Origin: an uncultured virus (IMG/VR IMGVR_UViG_3300005662_008418)
Taxonomy: Duplodnaviria > Heunggongvirae > Uroviricota > Caudoviricetes
Reading direction: 5' to 3' (one strand)
Virus record (IMG/VR): IMGVR_UViG_3300005662_008418
Length of the DNA: 54,615 nt
The notes beneath the pieces were generated by a model, which had not been told where the DNA came from, made no database searches, and worked only from the letters and a program-made list of their open reading frames with translations. A program made the translations under genes and the position numbers. This document shows, piece by piece, positions 9,201 to 17,600 of the stretch; position 1 is the stretch's first letter; the number at the start of each line of letters is the position of its first letter.

Positions 9201-11670
9201 CTCCAGCGATTCTAGCCGATGAATAAGACATATTTATGTAATTCAAACTATCAGGCGTCATCAAAGATGCGTCCCATGCATTAACTGATTTCACAACGTA
9301 TATAACATTGGCGCCAGTAGGCAGACCTATGTCCGTGTATGTGTTACTAGATCCTTCTATTGATGCGATGTACGAAAATTCAGATGTTGATATTTTTCTG
9401 TATATCCTATATTCTTTTACTGGGGAAACAGAAGGAGTCCATATCAAATTAACAGTTCCGCCCCTAACCTCTGCATGAACTATTTCTGGATCAGTTGGGT
9501 TCGGTATTTCATAAGCTAGAGGAGAGTCTGCAAAAAATTGTTTTACAGCAGACTGATTTCCATGATTATCAACGGCAGAGACTGAAAATCTGTAACGCCT
9601 TGCTTTTCTGGCAAATTCTGCGCTTGTTTCAAACGAAGTTCCAGCCACCTCCAAATAATATTCACCGTTTATTCCAAATGATTCTTCTTCAAAATTGCCA
9701 AGTACTATATCATCTCTATAGGTAGCGCTATCAGCGTCATTGACCGCATATAATTTTATGCCTCCAAAATAATATACATAATAAGATACAAGAGACATAT
9801 TAAGATCATTGGGATCAAATGATGGGTCTCGAGGATCATCAGGAGGGAGAATAGACTCATCTTCAGAACCAAACTGAGGAGATACCTCAAAAGCATCAAC
9901 TAAATCTAAAACTGACTTAGAGGAATCAGAGGATATCGTTTTGAATAGTTGATTTATTGTAAATACTGTTCCAGCTATAGAAAATAAAGGAACTGCTCTC
10001 TCAAAAAATGACTCTATTTCAGCAATAGTGCTATTTTGGTTGAACTTTATCTCCCATTTAGCTTTCATGAACACAATGTTGTCTAAATTTACAAGCTGAT
10101 CTGTTGACTTGATTCTTATTGTTAATTTTTCACTCGATATATCAAAAACTATAAAATCAAATACATTTATGTTTGATCTGTAAATTCCCAAAATGTCCTG
10201 TGGTGTTTCATCATATATTCTCGTACGACTCACAATGGGAGCGCTATCTAGATTTAACTTGTAAAATAAAGTATTCGAATTTGAGCTCGGCGACCATACT
10301 GCCGATATTGATGCGTCATCCCTAACGGAGGCAGATCCAGTCACTGGAGTCTGCAATTCACCAATACTACCAGTTCTAATGCCCAATACGGAATACGGAG
10401 AATATCTTCCATTCACAAGTCGCCTAAGATATATGACATACCTAGTATTGCCCTGAAGAGCCCTCGTCAATAGTTCCCCATTCACAGCTCTATATTTTAT
10501 TTCTACTACAGATGCATCTGTTTCGTTCTGAGAAACAAATTCCTCTCCAGAAAATATGGGAGTAAAGCCATCATTGCCTATTTCTTCTATTTTTACTACT
10601 GTTTTTTCTACAAATAAATTGCTAGCATCATCAATCTGTCCTGGAGAATCTGGATCTGCATTTTCGGGAGTAGTAATTGGATTTGACCATGATATACTTA
10701 TATAAGAAAGTTTCGTATCTTGATCTAGCTGGATAACTGCAGAAGGCTGCACTGGAGATAGTGGACCTTGAGAAAATAAGGGAATCGCAGATACTGTCTT
10801 TCTGGAAGAACTTACGCCAACTGCAGAATTGGCGTAAACATCTACAAAATAAGTCATGCCAGCCTGAAGATTTATAAAAGCATGAAATCCAGAATCTGCG
10901 GGAATTTCTACAGTTTCCAATTCCCCTTCTGCTGACCTAAGCACCAACTCAACCGTTGCGGTGTTAAATGCAACTGGAGTATCCCAATGAACAAATATAG
11001 CCTTGTGAATGGATCTAGCGTACACATTAGATAGAGGAGGAGGAGGGTCGCTGGATGGTGGAGTAGTGACAACGCCAACGCTGCCTACCCCCACATTGAC
11101 ATTACCGAATTGAATTGCGCTTATATAATATTCTATATCTTGACCCTTGGGAGCAGCATGATCAATGAGATTATTAGAATAAGAATTACCAACTAATTGC
11201 TGTGCGCCACCAGATATACTTCTGTACACCCTTACAAATTCGCACCAAGGCGGTCTGAACCATGTGATTTCTACATCTCCACTCTCTAGCAATGATGCTG
11301 ATCCTCCCAAATCAGCCACTGAGGTCAGGACGATTACATTAACATTCTTTGTGTCTGAAAATAAACCAAAGCCTCCGAAGTCTCTCCTCTTTCGTATGTA
11401 TATAAATCCATCGGAATTACAATTAACATTGTATTCATACGGCAGCCTGGACACCTTGCCGTCAAACAAGATCATTCCCGGAGAAACAGTAACGCTGTTT
11501 GATCCATTCGAAGAAACTGAAAGCCCTTGGATTACTCCGTCTCCAAGAATTTCTCCTATTGCGCTCATTTGCGAATCTATTAATGACATGCGACTGGCAT
11601 CAGTATGCGCACTGTACAAGTCGCCTCTACCAAAATAAGGGATACCAACTCTTGGTGTTTTTAGCGGCAT
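6241..11670 (-). CDS. Putative tail fibre/appendage protein (1809 aa): N-terminal anchor domain, FN3 array, HxH motif, beta-propeller with Asp-box
   Basis: N-terminal GDGVIQGLSV...VTVSPG; FN3 signatures (IFVHWDTP...NLQAGMTYFVDVYANSAVGVS; VNLIWTPS...YRIYRK...YTDIGL...YVVKSVN; VNLSWT...GYEIW); SHRH at 8791-8799; Asp-box ISNDSGDSW; Ser/Gly-rich C-terminus. Confidence 0.75.
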   Translation of the reverse strand: MPLKTPRVGIPYFGRGDLYSAHTDASRMSLIDSQMSAIGEILGDGVIQGLSVSSNGSNSVTVSPGMILFDGKVSRLPYEYNVNCNSDGFIYIRKRRDFGGFGLFSDTKNVNVIVLTSVADLGGSASLLESGDVEITWFRPPWCEFVRVYRSISGGAQQLVGNSYSNNLIDHAAPKGQDIEYYISAIQFGNVNVGVGSVGVVTTPPSSDPPPPLSNVYARSIHKAIFVHWDTPVAFNTATVELVLRSAEGELETVEIPADSGFHAFINLQAGMTYFVDVYANSAVGVSSSRKTVSAIPLFSQGPLSPVQPSAVIQLDQDTKLSYISISWSNPITTPENADPDSPGQIDDASNLFVEKTVVKIEEIGNDGFTPIFSGEEFVSQNETDASVVEIKYRAVNGELLTRALQGNTRYVIYLRRLVNGRYSPYSVLGIRTGSIGELQTPVTGSASVRDDASISAVWSPSSNSNTLFYKLNLDSAPIVSRTRIYDETPQDILGIYRSNINVFDFIVFDISSEKLTIRIKSTDQLVNLDNIVFMKAKWEIKFNQNSTIAEIESFFERAVPLFSIAGTVFTINQLFKTISSDSSKSVLDLVDAFEVSPQFGSEDESILPPDDPRDPSFDPNDLNMSLVSYYVYYFGGIKLYAVNDADSATYRDDIVLGNFEEESFGINGEYYLEVAGTSFETSAEFARKARRYRFSVSAVDNHGNQSAVKQFFADSPLAYEIPNPTDPEIVHAEVRGGTVNLIWTPSVSPVKEYRIYRKISTSEFSYIASIEGSSNTYTDIGLPTGANVIYVVKSVNAWDASLMTPDSLNYINMSYSSARIAGADFNTNRIVLTATKNGYNVNLSWTASDEPADGYEIWLKKPNKSFEIVGNVSSETFSFVHSNVLVESDRYMYAVRPVRGELEVNFSSEVNIPADAFVVAGIFFDDDNQIQVNYDVRILTNGTDLVKEPLISRLNSHRHLLLPDGQDRRIDFNDYFDITNFVSLGDGFRFTRILEHPSIPSGASLSVFINDTQYVGQFSYDEYTRTISFSENILPPFGPFENINSIFVRVSDISEVDNSLPNENMLDLFGEQMESGILTNSYIPDREHFGRRKEQCKPLKASTSSLDGFRFFIAQNEYGYSRYLSSGGTTGYFELGPNDPPPSNFESMQLVGYPLGNSAHVIVYDGCELAPDDSMVLATSIGSVLLTKINTSLKWEVFIQCTPPYDMGPPIRIVLSADKSVICFVYPRGIDLYKYVQSDNSPDATRSLSVFANSMGRDLGIKFIRDACAHESGFVLATDLGPMILSIDVNEQPVLNFASLPDTENTECYSCTSKDGIIYLAINNGIFISNDSGDSWSLFASTASPCRHMKIYENRLFALLEDALLRIDLISRNTAEIHVSENARYRRMEIFKDRMVIIGDTGCMISKPVYSLLFSNNIEFIKNKTLPKFSKINRMPRSVFIYKNDICIGGDAFVSRANVLTRIKTLIDFSVDLPVNERSKIPSIFINDQYIDNGTFLEYSLDRNMSECVFVDDQVDGESKIKIARQYTDLQSQNGGWAWRDFAAAVVVSVNGLPINDGSRADKPVDQLLDFVAQDREFSELFSRSSDANVDYSSLRSIVAEMTNNDREITSTPQEVGVHRFTRQNVRRYVSALNTLNYKIYSDEAMSLMGIRSSVVLKSPEFKTNLIANFVANGITASNLDSRSIAYSPYINETCVGSLGTFDIEDNIMLTGRISVTTPRDGTDNPNYSSPFAEGSITRPGTPNPNDSIFIGGWYGRDRCANSECVFELSATPQVPRPSGSLDAFGSNSSSSSSSSIAPPGGGGGIAG

Positions 11671-14600
11671 TATCCGTCAAACCTCATTTTTACCAAACTG
11701 CCGTCCTCTAGTTCAAACATCATTGCAAACCCTCTAATAACGGGGACATTTGATATGGGACCGCAGTTTATTCCCTCGCTCTCTTGCCTCAGTCTAAAAG
11801 AATAACTCGTATCATTAAGACTGAAACCAGAATCTGGATCGTCTAGATTGTATGCTTGTATAGTTATGTAATACGTGGCATTATCAGACAATTCTTCCAC
11901 TCTTGGCACCACGAATTGCATCAATCTACTTTGATTAGATCCTATAGCTACGCCGTCACTAATTACTTGAAAGCCATCAGCAGTCCAGCCAGAAAGGGAG
12001 TAGTAACTAAAGAAACTTGTCACTATGTTGTTTCTTTCGAAATCACTATATACACTCACCCTGAAATGGAATCGTCCAGGCTGCGCTCTATTAACGTAAT
12101 TGAATGTGATGATATCTAGGAAGTTAGTGCCGCATTGTTTCAAAAATTCTGTTTTTGCTGGTAAGATCGATGCAAAATCGGCACCATTTATAGATGCCTC
12201 AATAGTAGCAAAATAAGATCTGTTGCACTCAAATGGGAATCCACTGGGTATCAAAGACATACTTCGAGTTTGTCCAGATGCGAACACTGCTCCGCCTCCA
12301 GTCGGGAATGGATTACCATCAATTTTAAACAATGATGGACTTCCTATTGTGTCAGTAGACAGTATGAAGTCGCTCAATGCAGAATCCCTAAAGAAATTTA
12401 TCTTAAAGTCTATAAGGGTTGATCCAGTAAGGGTATTTTGATACGCCCACTGCATCGTATTGAGACTCAGAGGGACATTGGGATCTCCCGGACTGGGAGG
12501 AGGAGTGACTATTATATCTTCTGATGGTCTTGGAGACAGTAACTTAAAGCCTATTCTGAGGTTTTTGCCCCTATTAGATAAGGACGGTTCAAACATTCTA
12601 TCCAAAGGAACTTCTTGGTATTGAGCAAAGTCAGTAGAATCCTGCAGAGTTATACCAGCTATGATAGCCCCACCGCTTGGTATTTCAGAATCAGTGGTTA
12701 TTATACCCCTTCTCATGTCCGCTGGAAGTTCAAACAATGTTGTTATGACATTAGACACTGCACCTACATTTTCCGTTATTGTGAGACTATCGACTCTTGG
12801 AGAGATATCCGTAGTAGTGCTCATCTGTATTTTAAACTGAATGAACGATCCTGGCATAAAAGATATATCTGCGCCGCTTTCTTCCCAAGAAAATTTAACA
12901 GAATATGGAACTCCAGCAATTGCATCTCTTGTTGATGCGCTTCTGATCATAATTTCAATATCAGTGCCAGCTGGCATAGTCCCAGTCCATGAAATCTTAT
13001 CCCAAGATACATGCGCGCTTGCGCCAGGTAAAATGGGGCTCTCATATATGCCAGATTCCTTTTCTATTCTAAATCCAGAATAAAATTGATTGTCTCCCTG
13101 TATGTCCAGAAGCATCTGACCATCTAGATCATATTCAACTAATCTATTAGAAATTCCACCGCCAGTAGCTACATTGCCAGCTATATTATCTGGTACGATT
13201 CGTATAGTCAGATTATCGTTGTAGCCATCTCCTGAAGTTTCTTCTGGAATAAGATCGATACCTCCTCTTATATCTGTCTCATTACCAGCTCGGTCAATTA
13301 ACTTGACAAATACGGTTCTATAACCACTGTCATTGTTTATTGCAGTAATACTTTTCACTTCATTCTGCGATATATAGAATATATTACCAAAATCATCAAC
13401 GCACATTCCGACTATGGGATTATCCGCCCTAGCTATCGCCGCCCATGCAGTGTCAAATGTAAATAGTTTATTTCCAACACTGAAGTAAGGACGAGTGTCA
13501 CCTTCTATCTGAAAAGATGTTCCGAATATGACATCATCAGGTATAGTTATAAAAGACTGAACAAAAGCAGCTCCAGGACTGTTACTTCTGAAAATACGAG
13601 AAGATTGAGAAAGACCCGCATATACGCCTGCATTTACAGAGGCTAACGACAGTACATCGCTATCGCTTTCGGATAAGACAATTTCAGAAAATCTTCCTAT
13701 GATATCATATCTATATATTCTTGCTGGAGAACCAGTTCCGACATATACAAAACGATCTATACACACCAATGTGTTTGCTCTATCGCCCATTCCGGATGCG
13801 ACTGTGGTAGTCAGAGTTCCATCAAAACTATAAAGTTCCCCTACTGGATTTGGATCAGCTCCAGAAAAAGCATGAGCACAGAAATACAACTTATTATCAT
13901 AGTTAGATTTGCCAATAGATGTAATTCTTGAAGCCGATAAAGAAACTACTTCTAAAAACGCCACTCCATCCTGAGTGGAATATAATGTGCATCCACCAGT
14001 ACCATCTCTCCTGGCAACTGCAACATATAGTTTTAGATTATAACTAAGCATTGCAGTGACTTCATAGTCCAGGCTCCCGCTTTCGAATGTAAAAGTCGGC
14101 TCATCATCGAATGATAGACCATCATTAGACAAAAATACAGCAGCAGGAGCGCCTGTAGCATAGGCGATCCGCGTTTTTGCTCCTTGGGTCAATCTAAATG
14201 AAGCAATGCATGTTCCGAATCCATTGGCGATTTCTTCTAAAATAGTCCCATTAGATACTACTGGAAGTAATTGATGTATAAAATCAGTGCTAAAAGCCAG
14301 TAATGGAGATGGTGTTACTCCATCAGTTGTGAAATTATCATAATTACTTATTTGCATCTTATCTATTCCACTGGCCCTGTCGTAGCTATCGACCCATCCC
14401 TCCTCGCCAAATCCAGCATTTCCCGCAGGAGTGCTCGTGATCTTTATCTTGATAGTATCGCTTGATACTTGTTCGGCAAGCCTAGCTTCTGCATCTGGTG
14501 GCTCACGATCAAGAATGATATCATCATTTGGTATTGACAACTCGCTGTTCCACATATCCAGGTGATGTCGAGTACCGCCTATTGCAGCAGCATATTGCCC

Positions 14601-17600
14601 ATCAAGTATTCCCACTCCCATGATATTGCGATTCTCAATTCCAACATCGCTTATCTCTGACTTCTTTTGTTTCAAGTCAACTAATTTCATAATGTCCTTA
14701 CGTAGGACAATACTTAGTCGATCAGATGAAAGAAGAGGCGCATACAATTTCAATATTCTATCAGAAATAGAAAGTCCATATCCTCTTGATATTATGTGAC
14801 CGTTTATGTAAACTTCTGGAGTTACACCCAGACTTAATCCTCCCAATAAATCTATATCTGGATCGCTTATTCTAAAAGCGTCTCTAACAATATTGGTTTG
14901 TTCATTGTTTCTTACCAAATCCATAGCAGAACGAGAAAGTGCTCTAGATGACCAAACGGAGCCTATTCCTCTGCCAGAAACTTCGGTGGCAAAATGGACA
15001 GACTGCTTGGTTGCTATGCATATAAAATTTTCGCTGGCAGATATGCTCACTATATCACTGTCAAATCCAGGTGGCACTTCTGCATAAGCTCTTTCATATC
15101 CAAATATATCCAATTTATAGAAAGAGCTTCCAGCAAATTCGTATATGTTTGAAGTGGTACAGCAAAATATTCTATTATTAAGACCCATGGCCACCGATTT
15201 TACAGATGATTGATCTATCCCAAATTCTCTACCAAAAACACTAACAACATTACCATTTTCATATTTTATAATACCATGACTAGAACCAAAAATTATGCTA
15301 CCAGATGAGGTAGTTACAGAGCTATATACAGTAAATTGCCCAGGATATATCAGTTTAGATGCTGGCGCATTGATTTGAATATCAGTTGAGGAGTAAGGAG
15401 ATGCGTATTCTATCAAAGATTCTCTTAATGTAGAAGAGAACTGCCTTACTATTCTAATTCCATCATCAGCAATAATAACTGCATCACCGTTTCCAGCAAC
15501 TCTCATTTTCTGTATATTGACATCAAATTTTATATTTGCAAATAAACTGCCTCCCAAGGAAGCCATTATATTGCGTGTTCCTTCTGAATTTATTTCTATA
15601 TAAAAAACACCATTTTTATCAAAATATATATCTTCGATCTTACTGTTAATGTCAATATAGGGATCTAATCTTGATTGATCGAAAAAATCGCCGCTTGTTG
15701 CTTCAAATACATTATCACGGACTGAATCATAGAAAAATATTCTATCCCCACCAGCCATCCAAGCATCTTTCTGACTTGATACAACTAAAGATGACACATT
15801 TAAGATAGGCATATTATACGATGCCGAAGATATTGATTTAATCTGAAGTGGGGCTAAGGATCCTTTGGCATATATGCCAAGTCTTGCTATGCTCATATCT
15901 GCTGAAAGAACACCACCATAATCTCCTATCTTGATATACTTGCTTTTCAAACTTCCAAATATTACATCATCTGCAGAAAGGTACGGATCAGCGCCTATCT
16001 CTATCGAACGACCTGCATAGTCTGCGTCAAGAACTATTCCGCGCCCAATGAGTATCCCCTTATTTTCAGGATCTTTTCTACATTTATAGACTAATGGATA
16101 ATGTGACTTGAATGTCTTGGGGACACAAGACCCAAACATAGATCTCACATCTCCCGCTCCTGGAACTATCTCAATATCGTATCCTCCATATGCCTGACCT
16201 CTTGCGACTCCAGCGCTGCCACTACTCCTCCAAGCCCTTATTAATGCATGGAATCTGGCTGTAAACAATCTATATGTAGCATCTGGTCTAACAGTGCCGT
16301 CAAAAGCTATTCCAGTATCATTAGATACTGATGTGCTTTTTGACATAGATATTATGATATCTCCGCTGTCTAAGTCAAGTCCAACAGATTCCAAAGAACA
16401 GTCAAATAAATCTGAAACAGAAGTTATACTTCTTGGAGTTGATTGTTGAATCAAATTTGCTCCAAATGTTCTAGTCATAACTCTGCGTTTTCCAGAAATT
16501 TCTTCAGTCCATAATATGTGAATAGTTCCCGTAAGGTCTGTTTCAACAAATGGCGTTTTTGTTGACAAAGCAAAAACATTGCTGACTTGAGTGCTGGCTC
16601 CAGATCCAGCATATCCAGACCATGTATTGGTGGATATATCTTTAAAAATAGCACTTATCTTAGATAAATTAGACTCAACTTCCTCAAAAGTCACATAAAC
16701 CTTACCGTCAGCATAGCATAAATAAGGTTGATATGCAGATGTGGCTGGGCTAGTTAACGCTAGATCATCCCCTCCGAATGCTGATGAATCCCATTCATAG
16801 TTGCTTGCATTTTGAGATGCATAGAAAATTTGACTTGAATTATTGCGCTCATCTTCCCAGACAACATGAATACCGCCAGCAGAATCAGCAGTTATGCGGG
16901 GATTCTTGCTATCACCAATTGCGCTCGTAATACGCAATGGCTTAGACCAACCAGCAACAGATCTTCTCGCTACCCCTATTTCTCCTCTTCCAGAAGCATT
17001 AGTTTCGAACACTATAAATATATCATCATTAAAGTTACACAAATCAAAACTTCCGAAGTCTGAGTCTTTTTCAAAAATCTTGCCGTTATCTAGCCATTCT
17101 CCGTTTTTATAAACTCTGTGATAAAAGTTTGCCCGATTGCCAATTCCGATTAAGCCAATGATGTGATTCTCTGATCCTATTGAAACGGCTCTAACCTGCA
17201 CTAATTCGCCAACATCAGCATTGAATTTATCCATCGCAAATGAGACCAAGGGGCTAACATCCGCGCTATTCATATTATATATGTCTACTTGACCTTTTTT
17301 ACTCGAAAAGCGCAGTCGAGCATTCTCTGTAAGATCTATGGCCGCAATTCTATCTCCTATTTTTATTGCATCATCTGTCAATTGAATATCTGCACTGAAA
17401 TTCCCATCACTGAAAGACAAATTTGATAAAATTGAATCGTCTGAAGAATCTAAAGCCTCTGCCACCCCATTAATGGAGACATCTATCTCAAACATGTATC
17501 CAATATTAGAGTCAATATTCTCATACCAAGGAGTGCCTGGTGATGATTGATGTATGTGTGCCCCACCTTTAGATCCAGATGACAAGGCAGCAGGCAAGCC

